From Ostrea edulis (lineage: Eukaryota): 64,000 nucleotides of DNA. The translations under genes were made by a program, and so were the position numbers. The stretch spans positions 7,874,001 to 7,938,000 of the forward strand of contig NC_079173.1 in NCBI RefSeq assembly GCF_947568905.1. Direction: 5' to 3'. Below are positions 13,201 through 25,833 of the stretch, one piece after another. Numbering within the stretch: position 1 is the stretch's first letter; the number at the start of each line of letters is the position of its first letter. The notes beneath the pieces were generated by a model. That model was not told the origin of the DNA and searched no databases. It was given only the letters and a program-made list of their open reading frames with translations.

Positions 13201-15254
13201 TAACCGAGGAATCATCATTCTTCATGGGGGCATGGAGGGTGTGTGTTGATGTTTGTGGGTTCTGTAAAAAGTTTTTTATGCAGTCAATCTATGTGAATTT
13301 TGAGAAAAGGACAGACAGATGAAAGGAGAGAGAGAGAGTACTATTTTGCTCTGTAAAGCTTTCATAAAACTTGGTCCTAGGTCTTATGCTTACAGCACGG
13401 TTTTGCATTTGATGCAAATTATGCTTGAAGGTTTGAAAGACAATGAAGTACTTTTGGTGTTGATGTACTGAAGTACGTGATGCGGTGTCCGAATTAACGG
13501 TCATCTGAAGGAGTTTTCTCGTTGCTACAGATGGTGGCCTCAGTGTTGCTTAAAAGACTGTCAGATAGTAAAGCAACATTACTCAATCCATTTGATAAAT
13601 TCTCTGAACCAGACATTTGTTGAAGAGAATTCTGTGTCTCAGATAAATTTGTGTTACTAGATTGACCTTGAGAGGTCACTTCTGCATTGTAGGCATACTG
13701 GTTCACTATGGAGCTTACCCTACCCTCGGTTACATTTACGTTTTCATCAGGCATGCTGTTTTGAATGTCTCTAAAGCTCTGTGTGACTGGCGTGTTCAGT
13801 GTATCATTGTGAAGTGCTCTGGCCTCCATCTCTATATTCTTCACTTCGGAGTCGTCACTGACTGGCACAGGAACTGCAATGGTTTGCTCCAACTGTCTTT
13901 CCATACTGATATTTTGTTGTTCAGCAGGCATGGATGTTTGAGGACATGATCCAAATAAATCCAACCTGGAGCTGGCTGTGGACTCGGGAACAGCCATGGG
14001 ACTTCCTTCCTCTGTACTGCCTGTTGTTTGAACTGGGATATTTATAGAATTCCCAGAGGGCCTCGGAATAGTTGATATCTCTCCAAGACTATCATCCTCT
14101 AGTCCCTTTCTTAAATCCTTTGCTGCTTTCACGATGTTGGACCCCACCTCATTTGTATCTATTTCCTCATTCTGAGCTATTGGTCCCCTTGGCAGGATTT
14201 GAACTGGGTGAGACATTACTTCTGAACTGCTTTCAGCTTTACTTTCTGAGTTGACATCGAGATTTGAAGTCGCTCCGTCTGGGACATGCTTAGCGTTAAT
14301 CTTTGTATTGTGTCCACCGATGTTCTTTGTGCTTGATATCATATTTTCTTTAAAGAAATCTTGTGGGTCATTTAAATTGTCATCTAAAACACTAGACTTT
14401 GGGGATGTTTGATGGAAAGATGCTGTTTCTTGGCTGGTAATGTCTGCCTTTATATTTGTCATAGATGTGTCATGGATCTTATTTTTCCTCTCATTTTCCT
14501 GGGCAATTTCTCTCTGAGACTCTGCTATAACAAAATTAACCCCATCGCTCGCTGGTTCTCCTGACAGCGTGATTGGGGGTGGCACCTGTTCCTCTTTCTG
14601 GGCAGAAATTCCTCTATCGGAAGAAAAATTCCCGGACAATGTGACACCTCCAGAGGTCGATTTCAGCGATTTTTCCTCTTCTAACTTCGGTGACGTAGAT
14701 GTTGAGGAAGGTTTGGATGATTTCTCTGAGCCAGACTCTGGTGAGGAACTCTGATTTAGAGATGGACTGCCTGACAAAATGTTCTTGTTGTTCTGTAGGT
14801 TACTCGAGGAATCATTTCTAGAGGATGGGCCTAGATTTACAGTTATGAAGCCCTCCGCATTCTGATCTCCGCTTGGATTGATGTTGAGATTGTTATAATC
14901 TGCTTCACCTGAAAAACAAATTATTTTCTTGATCAAAATATATGCATACTGGGCAATCATTAGATTTCATGGAGGCAAAATTGTTGAAGATTTCGATGGT
15001 AGATATAACCCTATCCTACCAATTTCAAACCACAACAAAATGCACAATTCATAAATATAGGAAATCCCTTAATTTGTGGTTTGATATGAGTTTTATTCAA
15101 CGAATTGTGTGTTTTCTATCCCCAAGCCTTGGGGATAGAAAACACACGAGTTAATTATAAATCAAACCACAAACCATGGCGTAGGAAAACATAGTGTAAT
15201 AATCATAATCTATGCAATGGGTGATATCCACTGGATAAAGGAATAAACATGTGA
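10117..15254 (-). repeat. Right arm of ~12-kb inverted segmental duplication
   Basis: Reverse complement of 3134-8130; has an arm-specific 43-bp x3 tandem at ~12901-13025. Confidence 0.92.
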
Positions 15255-18200
15255 AAAATAGAGGATATCTATATTGTGTGTTTTGATATTTGGTTTATCC
15301 AACGAGTTGATGTGGTGTATTTATTCGCGAGGCTTGCCGCGAGGCTTGGATTCAATATATCCAAGGATTCAAGATATCGAGGGTAAAGTGGAGCTGTCCT
15401 AGTGGAAGTAATCTTCCATCTGATCTTGACCTTGGTCAAGGTCAATGACCTTGATTAAGATTGATGATACACCTACATATAGCTGCTGAACTGTAGCTCT
15501 CTGGGGAAAATATCTGGCACATCCTTAAAAAATTTTCATCGTGAGCTACAGTTTTGCAGCTTAACACACAACATCAGAAAAAGCAACATTAGTGTCAAGG
15601 ATGAACTTAGTATGCTTCTTCATGGCCAAGTTATGGCCCAGACTTGAGGTGTGGCAGACAGACAGGTAGAAATAGAAATACTTAATATCATAGTATATCA
15701 TTTCACACTTGGGGGGGGGGGGGGGTAATGAATGATCATATTGATCCATTGGCTTTACAGTAAAACACGATTACAGCAAATACACTTATAATGAATTTAC
15801 ACTTAAAATGAAGTCATTTTAATTCCCTGTAGTTTTAAAGCATGAGTTCCTGTATAAGATGAATTACATTTAAAATATCAAATCGAAATTGTTTGTCTCC
15901 AGCACTTCACTATAAGCATGTTTCACTGTATATCTATTTATAGATTACCAAGATCTTCCCTGATGCACTGTATAAGATCTGAAAACCTCTGGTCTCCTCC
16001 CAAAAGCTGTAGTAGATCCCGCACTGTCTTCTCAAGAAATAAGTCAAGCACTGCTTCGCCTGGATTATCTTTTTTTTCTATCATGACACACACAATGAAA
16101 GAATTTTTATCAACATTTAATGCTCCTAACATTCATAAAATGTGTATAATTTACAATAAGTCCAGCAAACATTAAGTGATGAAATAGCTCAAAATAAATC
16201 CCTTATCTTGATCAGACTTGGTTCTGAAAAAATACCAATTGTATGTTCCAAGGTCAGAGGTCAATGGAGTCACTTGACCTTGACACTAGTTGTAGGTCCT
16301 ATCATCATCTTATCATTTCTGAAGATCCCATTTTGGTATTAGTCCCAGTTTAAAAGTCACACCAGTTTTTATGATCAGGGTCAGAAATCAAGTCCAATGG
16401 AGTCCCCTGACCTTGAAACTAGTTCGTAGGCCCTGTCTTTCTCTTCTCATTTCTATAGATCCCAGGACTATATCTATCATATTTGTGGAGTTACAGTGTA
16501 TATCTGTTGAATTTGGAATAAATCCCCCCCATAGAGTTCTATGTTAAACCCCACCCCAATCGATACCCCCAAAATGCATCCTTACCCCTTTCAATCTGAA
16601 AACAAAAACATTTCTGGACAACTATAGATACGTTGGCCTATCATATCCGTGAATATCCAATACTTTCATGAATGAGTTACAGAGAACGGCTGTGGACATT
16701 TTTAGGCGCAAGAATGAAGCAAACATTTAAACAAAAACTTTGATGCACCAAGGGGAGTCTTATAAAGGTCATATGAAACAATATCCTGAAGAAATTTAGT
16801 TATAAATATAAATTCATTGATCAAGGTTTACAAAACAAGAATTCCTTTTTTATTTTTTTTTTCAATGCAGTATAACGTCATAACAGCTGATCAAATGTAC
16901 TTGATCACGAAACGATCTTTGATGATCACGGCTTATCTCCCTTGCTGATGACGTCAAAATGACCCACTGTGATGTAAACAACCATAGACATATAACATAT
17001 TTAACGAAGTATTAACTGCATAGCTTTGATAAATGCCACACTGTGCTGCATTCAGTTACAGTAGTAGATCGCAGAAGAAGGTGCCCATGTACCTCTTCCA
17101 AAGGGATCCCAAATTCAGAAAAAAATGGGTACAAAATCTCCGACGCGATAGATTTGTTGCCACGTACACTGCACTTCAGTACATCCATCGGTAACCAAAC
17201 ATTGTGGACACAAATCGATCAATTTAAAATCAGACACTGTACAAATAATTTTTTTTAATTTCCAAAGACTGATACAAATTAACATAGAAATTAAAGTCAA
17301 CCACTTAGATAGAGCAAGGACACTGGAAGTATGTATTACACAAAAGTTATATTATTGTAATCACAAAAAAAAACCCACCCCATGAATGAACGCCAACTTT
17401 GAAGAAATCTACTCAAGGAGTTATGAGATTGATCACTGTTCGTTATCTTCACTTTGCATCTACATTATAAACTATATCAGAAAACGATATTCGTATAGTT
17501 TCATGTTTATTAGGCCTATACGTATAATATATAGCTACACAGTACGTATCCCAAAAGTATGTACTTTCATTTTCTTATTATTAATTATAAAAGTTGAATT
17601 CGAATTGTAAATAAACCTTTCATTCTGAAATTCAAAACGAAAATCATGAAGATTCATTCAGAAATTATAACTTATATTTCATATACTATATCAGTTCTGA
17701 TAACTGAACATGTATGCTTATTAAAAAAGAATTAATAGTATTTTTTGTTATCAAAATAATATTTGAACAACGGGGATGTAAAGTGAGAAAGTATACATAT
17801 ACCTACCATAGAATTAAATGCAAGCAATATTTAGATATAACTTACACATGAAAAATAGTACTAAAACAACGATTTGTGAATTTATTACTTAAATTGAGGC
17901 ACAGGAGAAAACACTAGCTGATTATGAAAAACCGTGCGTCAGCACAACAGATGACATCCATGATACATAAGCCACATTTAAGGTACTCTACAAGAATATT
18001 TTAGCACTACTTTAATTGTGGTAATTATTCGTATAAAAAGGAAAATGGAATTACCATTACAGTTTTTAAAACATTTTCTATTACGATAAACATGATAAAT
18101 CATAAATGAAATGTACACAACTTCATACGACTTTTAATCTTTTTAAAATAATAGTTAAACCGATTCAGTATCTGATGACATGGGGTCTTAAAATCACAGG

Positions 18201-21186
18201 CACCTGATGTATGAACACTACTACACCCCCCCCCCCCACGGTCCTTCTGATTTTTTTTTTGCAGCGATAATTTCTCTCAAATAGGCCTATGTCGATTCCC
18301 AGTCTAACCCATCCCAGTTTCGAATTATGTGATAGTTTCACACTTTTCGTAAGCTTTAATAAAGATCAGCCATCTACCGGCTTACCGGTTGTTCAAACCG
18401 GGCCAATCTCTAAAGCTTACAAAAAGTGTGAAACGATTATATAAATCGAAATTAGCTTGAGATAGAAAAGGAATTCACACATTTTGGAGGAGAAATTATC
18501 CCCGCAAAAAATTCAGAAGGGGTGGGGGGTGGGGTAGTGTCCATACTTCAGGTGTCTGTGTTGACTTCTTTGAGATCATCCTCTGTTGAAGAACATTATT
18601 AGCTTGCCCTGCATCATTCCTGACTGGTTAAAACTGATATGGTTGAACCACAAAATCGGGCAGTTCGTCAGAAAACAAAACATTGTCCATATCCATTACA
18701 TCAGTGAGATATTTCGTTGAACAAAATGGTAGGCCTACACTATTTTCATTGCGTTGTTTACATCGATGGGTCGCTGTGACGTTACGAACACACAGAATCA
18801 AGAACAATAAGCGGGTAACGAATTCATTCTATGTACAAGTTTACAGCTTTATTTCTGATCAATGGAAAGACAATATTTTTTATTACACGCTATTTGACTT
18901 TTATTCATACCTATCTCTATGTTTATAAAGTAAAATACCACTGTTAAAAATCGTTTCACATGACCTTTAATTAAAAAAAAACCCGTACAGTTTATGGACA
19001 GATGGATGGATACATGACAGACAACAAGATATCAAAAAAGTTCACATGAGTTTATAGGTCAAGTGAGCTAAAAATTAATCCAAGTATCCTGTGCTTTTAC
19101 TACAATGAGGGGCAACTTTCACTGAAGCATCATGGGACAATTAATCAGGGGGAACTTTCACTGAAGCATCATGGGACAATTAATCAGGGGGAACTTTCAC
19201 TGAAGCATCATGGGACAATTAATCAGGGTGAACTTTCACTGAAGCATCATGGAAAAATTAATCAGAAAATGAACTTAACAGGTAAATTCTGAAAGGAAGA
19301 ACCAGCATGATGAAAATGACAAAGAGCGGCTGACAATGAATAAAATCAATTCATAATTTTGCGTTGCTTCCTTTTTATATGAGGAACAAAAATTGATGTG
19401 TATACCTAGATCTTTGATTTGCTCTCTGTTAAGGTCCAGCTCCTCTCCAAGAGTTTTCCAAAGTTCACCTTCCTTCAGTATTTCAGCCCATTTTTTAAAA
19501 TTTTTATATTTCATCTTTCCAATAAACGTCTCTGAAACGATACTTTAAGTTTAGAAACTAATTGGCTGAATAATTTTGAGACAAAATATGCAGTAAAATT
19601 ATGGAAATGGCAAATTCAGTTTCTTCATTTTCCTGCTAACAATAACATTAATTTCATTTGATGTCTTCTTTGATTTGTCCCTATAAAAAGTTTGAATATT
19701 TTACAAAAATTCCTCTTCTAAAGTTAGTGCTAAATCAAAGCATCTATATCATCCACAGACTGTTTATAAAGTTACATATGTGAACTGCTGACTGATTGAT
19801 TGAAAAGCGTTTAATGTCCCATTTGAGAATTTTTCACTCATATCGGGACATCACCATTGCCGGTGAAGGGCTACAACATTTAGGCCTATGCTCAGCATTT
19901 ATGACCTTTGAGCAGGGAGGGATCTTTATCATTCCACACCTACTAAGACACGGGACCTTGGTTTTTACGCGTTTTTTAGTCTCATCTGAAGGACCATCCC
20001 ATTTAGTCACCTCTCACGACAAGCAAGGGGTTCTAAAAACTCATTCTAACCCAGATCCCCACGGGACTCCTTTTAAAATGGTGAAAAAAACCCAAAACAA
20101 ATAGAGATGAGTATATTGAACCCAAAGATGAGATTATTAAATTTGCAATATCAGTCCATTTTTAAATACCAATTTCCTTGGGTGTAATTTTTGAGTTTGA
20201 AAGGAAATAAGTATTCAAAATGGGGTTAATCTTGTTGTGAATAAGTGTTATATTTGGGTTTAATGGAGTTTAAATAATATGCATTCTTTTCTCATTCACG
20301 CACTCCTAGATCCAATCCATCACATGCATTTTACATTTCACTGTATGTAAGAATCTCACTACAGTAGAGTAGCTGTAACAGCTGGTAGCAACTCAGTATG
20401 AATGAAAAACTCTCCAGAGGCTGGTCTACAGCACCACATGTAACATTTAGGAAGGGGCAAAATGTAACAGACCAGATTGGTATTTGAATCCTGGTCATCT
20501 GCACATTATACACAATGATGACCTTTAGTAAAAAGAGAGAATGTGGCAATCTGTCAGTTACAATCACTGGTGGCCTGTCTGATAACGTCAGTTGGCAGAA
20601 TAGCACTCAGCCAGACTTATCCGTTAGATATTCTCCCTTCTAAGATTAACTCCACTATGATTGTGTAACAGCTGGAGAGTACATACATGTAGATACCTAT
20701 TGTTAATTGGGCGTTTTCACTAACAGGTTGAGCTGAATTGCCAACACTACTAGTAGGCTGTGAGGATGTATAGGATTCGTTAGCCACTTCTGGAGCACAA
20801 CCTCTTCTTAACTGCGACACTTGGTCTCCTGTGGATACAGAGGGAGGTCCTGTGCTTGATGTTGTGACAATGTTAGTTGTTCTCTGGAGAAAATCCTCAG
20901 GAATGTTACCTATTTTCATTATTTTTCGTGCTACATGTTGGTAACCATGTTCAGATAGGACAATAAGAAAACTGTAAAAACAATCAATGTCTCTCCTTCT
21001 TAGGGCGTCATGCAATTTGTCAATAGCTGTCAGCTTACCACTGGTATTGTAAGCCGCTTTTATACTCTCAACATCGTTATCATTGAATCCGTACCTCACA
21101 TACATGTCCGGTATCAATTCAATAGGATCTATCATGCTTTCACGTAGCAATGGCCATATTTTCCTTAGCAATTCGGAGTGCTTCAT
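13494..21186 (-). CDS. Multi-exon CARD + death-fold protein with a long disordered C-terminus. Supported exons: 21186-20697 (CARD), 19531-19406 (death-domain-like), 16125-15949 (death-fold-like), 14908-13494 (tail); internal exons near 18.6 kb and 17.1 kb unresolved
   Basis: CARD-like MKHSELLRKIWPLLRESMIDPIELIPDMY...LHDALRRRDIDCFYSFLIVLSEHGYQHVARKI; DD-like WKTLGEELDLNREQIKDL and KTVRDLLQLLGG. The four exons have GT/AG boundaries and all junctions are phase 1. Confidence 0.7.
15758..15928. mobile_element. Tc1/mariner-type MITE
   Basis: TA|CAGTAAAACACG...CATGTTTCACTG|TA. Confidence 0.7.
18195..18560. mobile_element. ~366-bp fold-back (MITE-like) element
   Basis: CACAGGCACCTGATGTATGAACACTAC...GTAGTGTCCATACTTCAGGTGTCTGTG, with imperfect complementarity continuing inward. 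Confidence 0.7.
19114..19265. repeat. 39-bp intronic minisatellite, ~4 copies
   Basis: Unit AACTTTCACTGAAGCATCATGGGACAATTAATCAGGGGG starting at 19114, 19153, 19192 and 19231. Confidence 0.92.
19812..20070 (-). mobile_element. SINE-like repeat sharing its 3' tail with the 6770 family (another copy at ~62040-62280 +)
   Basis: Head CCCGTGGGGATC(C/T)G..TTAGAAT...CCCCTTGCTTGTCGT.AGAG..ACTAAATG; tail ...GAAAAATTCTC.A.TGGGAC.TTA. Confidence 0.55.
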
Positions 21187-21271
21187 ATTTTCAGAATCTG
21201 TCTTAAAATTCTTATTTTCGTACTTTCGGTTTCCATCATCGGAACTCTCTTGTGTTCCAAGGGGTGTTTAG

Positions 21272-21537
21272 CAGGGTGGGTGTAAATGTAGTCCGAGACA
21301 CATGTCCCGCGAACTCCGATATTGATATTCGCCGATTTATTGTTATATGTCAGATGGTTTTTCTTTAAATATCTTACTAAATATGTTTTAAGGCGATCGC
21401 CAAGAGTCTTCATTGTGAATTTGGCGTATGAAAATTGTCTAATTATTTAATAAATGGCTTTTATCTATTCTTTAGGGTGTAAAAGTAGTCCCCAAAATTC
21501 TACGAAGAAAACGCATTTCCGGTTTTTGTTTTCGCCT
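21272..21537 (-). promoter_or_regulatory. 5' flank of the CARD gene, duplicated in inverted orientation at 30463-30731
   Basis: ~270-bp reverse-complement match (roughly 80% by eye); the ORF-track artefacts MKTLGDRLK / MKILGDRLK mark the two copies. Confidence 0.6.
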
Positions 21538-22704
21538 CGTTAATGTATAAAACACTTACAATCTTTAAATATTGTATCCTGTTGATAATCCCAGGACACC
21601 CTTATTTCTGGTTATTTTATATGATTACACCGATTAATAAAGTAAACATTTTTTATCCTCTTTTCCCTCGGGACATCGCAGTTAATAAAAGAACCCGACT
21701 GAGATAAAATCATTAAATCCGCATTCAGGTAAGGGCTGGCATTTATTATCAATATTTATAACATTGATATGTTACTTTGTTACAAACTTAAAATAATCTA
21801 ATAGCAATGTTAATGTATTTCATAGAAGTTAAATGCAATGTAATTCACATATAATATCGTGGACGGATCAATAAGATTGATACTGCATGGGGGTTGTTAG
21901 CCGTAAGTTAATTAAACATCTAAAGTGTGTCTAATTAAATTACATTGTCCAGTTCTTGTTGCATGGAGATCACCCCTCTAAAGAGCCATAATCTTAAAAC
22001 ATAGAATTTTATATATATTTTGCTTAATCTTTATTTTAAATTTGAAATATGTATGAACCCTTTGCAGTAAACCTGTGTACACAATTTTGCAAGGAAAAAT
22101 CTGTGCCATTAAAAATATGTAATGACGAGTTGTTGGTTTATGAGCAGTCTACATCCAATGGAATAGCTTGAAAATCAACAAGCACATTGCTCACGCATTT
22201 TAATTTTCAATATTAGGGGGAGGGGGACTTCGACACGGTTATACTTGTATAACTTGCCCCAGAATTAAAGTCATTCCTTATAATTGAATTTAAGAGACAA
22301 AGATACCAACCTTCGTTTATCAAAATGTACATAAACTCGGAAAAATACAAGTCAACCGAGCCGCGCAATGATTAATCACTTAGCAACAACGACGAAGCGT
22401 CGCGTCTAGCTCTGAAGGTCGCCACCTTTCATCTTAGTTCCACGGAGCCTAGCCTATTTATCAAAATATTGTATCGCAGGTGAAGTTTGTCATGGTAGAA
22501 AATATGTGCAGACTATGCATACATTGCGTATTTCGCTGTCCTTCAGAGATAGACACCGACTTTGAAGTCGCTCATCGACGACAAATGGAAAACACCCGTC
22601 CGGTTTGGTTTTTCATTTTATGACGATGAGGTATCGGTGGTTAACTGTGCGTTTGAGACGCTTGAATCCACGGTAAACAAAGCGCGAAGCAAGTGATCGT
22701 CGAA

Positions 22705-24977
22705 ATGCCACAGCGTTGTTCTGTGCCGCTCTGTAGTAATTATGGTGGACATCAGTTCCCAAAAGACAAATATAAACGTTTTCAGTGGATTGTTGCAATC
22801 AAAAGAATTGATCCGAAATCAAAAAAGTTGTGGGAGCCTAAGAATGCAGATGTTGTTTGCCACCTTCACTTCTGCGAAAGTGATTACAGGGACACGTCAG
22901 GTTAGAAGCCATAATATCGATCATTATCAATGTAAAACACATTTTATAAACTTAATGATGATATTTGTCTTCCGTTTTTATTCATATTCAATTTGAGTTT
23001 CAATTTGATGTCATAAATACAGGCCAAGTAATTGCTTCTTGTTGCGTGTTGGAAATTTTGATAAAAGGGCTCATCACTTATAAATTCTGGCTATATACTA
23101 GAGCTTCCTTCCTCTATTTCTTAGAACAAGTCAGTCTTCTTAACAATAAAGTCAGTTCAGATGATGCAATTCCTAGCCTGTATTGCATTAATGATTTCAT
23201 ATTGCTTGTATGTACATACAAGTGCAAGAACTTTGAATTACATTGCATTTATTTGATTTGCATGTGTTCGTGTTGCTTTCTATTTTCTTTTATATTTCAG
23301 AATGACGAAGGGAATGGTAATGACAGGCAAGTGATATTATAATAATCTTGCTAAGATAACCAAATAACCATACATAAAGTGTATGTAAAGCAAAGAATAG
23401 TCCTAACAATAAATATTCAGCAATATTAGTGTTGGAATAATTTAATTACCAACAATAATCAGTTATCTTTTGACTTTTTAAAGATTAAAGCATTAACAAT
23501 TCACTTTTTAGTCACAAAATGTATGACATAGATGGAAGGGGACACTGTACCTTAATGTTTTCATTCATAATATCATTTGTATGCCAGGTTTTACAATTAG
23601 CATATTCAAAAGTTGAAATATATTTAAATAAACCCTACCCCATTTTGCCTTTGCAGACCAAAAAAAATAAATGTTTTTAAACTTTATCCAATCAAAAACA
23701 TGAATTAAGTGATTTAAAATATGCCTTTTAATTCATGTATTTATTTTTTTGGTAACAAGCTCATAACAAAAAATGAAAAAGTCTTTCAAAAATTAAGAAA
23801 ATTGAAAGAGCAAACCATCATCTTGCTATAAGGATAATGAAATTTTGTTTTCAGCTGACCGCCTTCGCCTTAAAGAAGATGCTGTTCCTTCCATTCTGAT
23901 CCCTGGGGAGGAAGTTTCTGGCCCAAGCCCAAGACAGTTAAGATTTAAGAGGAGAAACCAACCATTGGAGGAACCTGACATTATGGCCATGGGTATAATG
24001 ATGATACTTTAGTGCTTGTTGTGTCACATGCACAGACATAAAGGAATCTTTAAGTCTGCATTTAGCCATATCCACTGCATGTAAAACAATGCTTTGATAG
24101 GCCATTTAACTATTATGTCACAATGTAAAAGTCCACAAATATATGCAATGTCAGAAATTTGCTGATAGGGCATTTAAGTTATGTTAGGTTAAGTCCAAAA
24201 GGGAAAAAAGAACATACACCACATCAAAAGAACTGAAAAACATTCTGTACTTTCAGTTAAAGATTTAAGCGAGTTACTGTATTGGTAAGACACGTGAAAT
24301 CTCCACCTATTTTTACTTGTACATGTATATTACAGGTGTACAGCAAGAAGTGGTTATAGATCATACAGTAAAGACTGGGCAGGCTGATCAAACACCAACA
24401 GAAATCCAGGATCTAGGAAAAAAATTTGTGCAAAATCCCTTTGCTATGAAATGTTCCATTGAAAATTTTAAAGATAATGCAGATGCTGTTTCGTATTACA
24501 CTGGTTTCAGTAATTACGATCAGTTTATGGTATTTTAGAAATACTATAAAGGCAATGATTGGAGTGACTCCCAGAGGGGCTGTGTCATATGTTTCCGATG
24601 CTTATGGTGGGTCTGCAAGTGATAGAATGATTATTGAAAGATCTGATTTATTGAAAGATGGTATGTTTGAGAAAGGCGACAGCATCATGGCTGATCGAGG
24701 CATCATGGTGCAAGATCTCTTTGCTAACAAGGATCTTCAAGTAAATACTCCAACATTTTTGAAAGGTAAATCCCAACTTGAAGCCCATGAAGTAGTACAT
24801 GATCGACGTGTAGCTTCAAAACGCATACATGTAGAAAGGGTCATTGGTCTGGCAAAACGTTTTAAAATTCTAAAGAATGAACTTAGTCACAGCAAAATTC
24901 AGCTTGGATCCCGAATCATTTATATCTGCTTTGTGCTAAGCAAGTTTAGAAGGTCAATTGTAGATAAATTTGCATAA
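22705..24977 (+). pseudogene. THAP-domain Harbinger/ISL2EU-type transposase with internal deletion (exons 22705-22900, 23855-23992, 24336-~24529, ~24539-24977)
   Basis: THAP CSVPLC...VCHLHF and LKEDAVPS; then YYTGFSNY; C-terminal GGSASD, MADRG and RIHVERVIG. The HTH region and first catalytic Asp motif are absent and the frame is broken. Confidence 0.8.
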
Positions 24978-25833
24978 GTTGTGATGATATTAAAGCAAAA
25001 GAGGCTAAATGATGATGTGCAGTTTTAAACAGATTTTCTCAATTCATATCATTTCTTGTGAATTAATCACATTTTATGTTGATCAGTCCTCGACAATTGG
25101 TTTTATTGAATTCATACATATATGAATAATATATATATGAAGGTAGTGACACTAGCATTTACTTATCTAAATATAATTCATATAAGATATGCTTGTTAGC
25201 ATTGTAAGATATTCACCATCATAAAATTTCTCCCTATTCTGATATTTACTCAGTTTGAAAATACTGATCCAAGCTATTGCCTTGGTTAATATTTTTAAAT
25301 TTAGAATATATCACACCATATTGACATAATGAAAAGTCCAAAATTTCAGATTACATATTGGGGGCAATTTTATTAGGCAATCTGAAGTGTTCCCTGCAAT
25401 ACTTCACAACATGTAGTCAATTTTATGGAAATATATTGTTTCATTTGTAGCATACATTTAAGTAGTACAGAAGGAGGTGGTTTCAAAGTAAGGCCAATTC
25501 AACCTAATTAGTAGATTATCATCTGGGGTCAAAAAAAAAATGGGGCGGGTGGGAGAATATAATTTTTTAATTTTTATTTCCTGAGAAAAAAAAATTAATG
25601 AAAACAGACATCACACAAAGTGTTAATCAAGTAAGGAATTCAAAGATTCCTTGGTAGAATATATATATATAAAACAACATTCTGTGACTTTAATCATTCA
25701 CTCATGTCACTGGGAAGCAAGTTTGTTTGAATCATAATTTTTGCATTAAAAAAATCGGGATAGGCCCTTTTTTGAGGGGCGGGCGGGGATGATAATCTAT
25801 CAATTAACTTTAATTGGCCTAATTTGCAATCAT

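Noticed and set aside
17043-17300. Possible CARD-gene exon near 17.1-17.2 kb
   Set aside because: One frame stops after a T7 run and the other lacks a compatible acceptor; it could not be placed in phase, so it is left unresolved.
19114-19265. 39-bp repeats as a CRISPR-like or coding repeat
   Set aside because: No spacers, eukaryotic intron, and all three frames on the gene strand contain stops.
21183-21413. Paralogous small ORFs MKTLGDRLK / MKILGDRLK (30588)
   Set aside because: Frames diverge through indels; these are by-products of a duplicated non-coding 5' flank.
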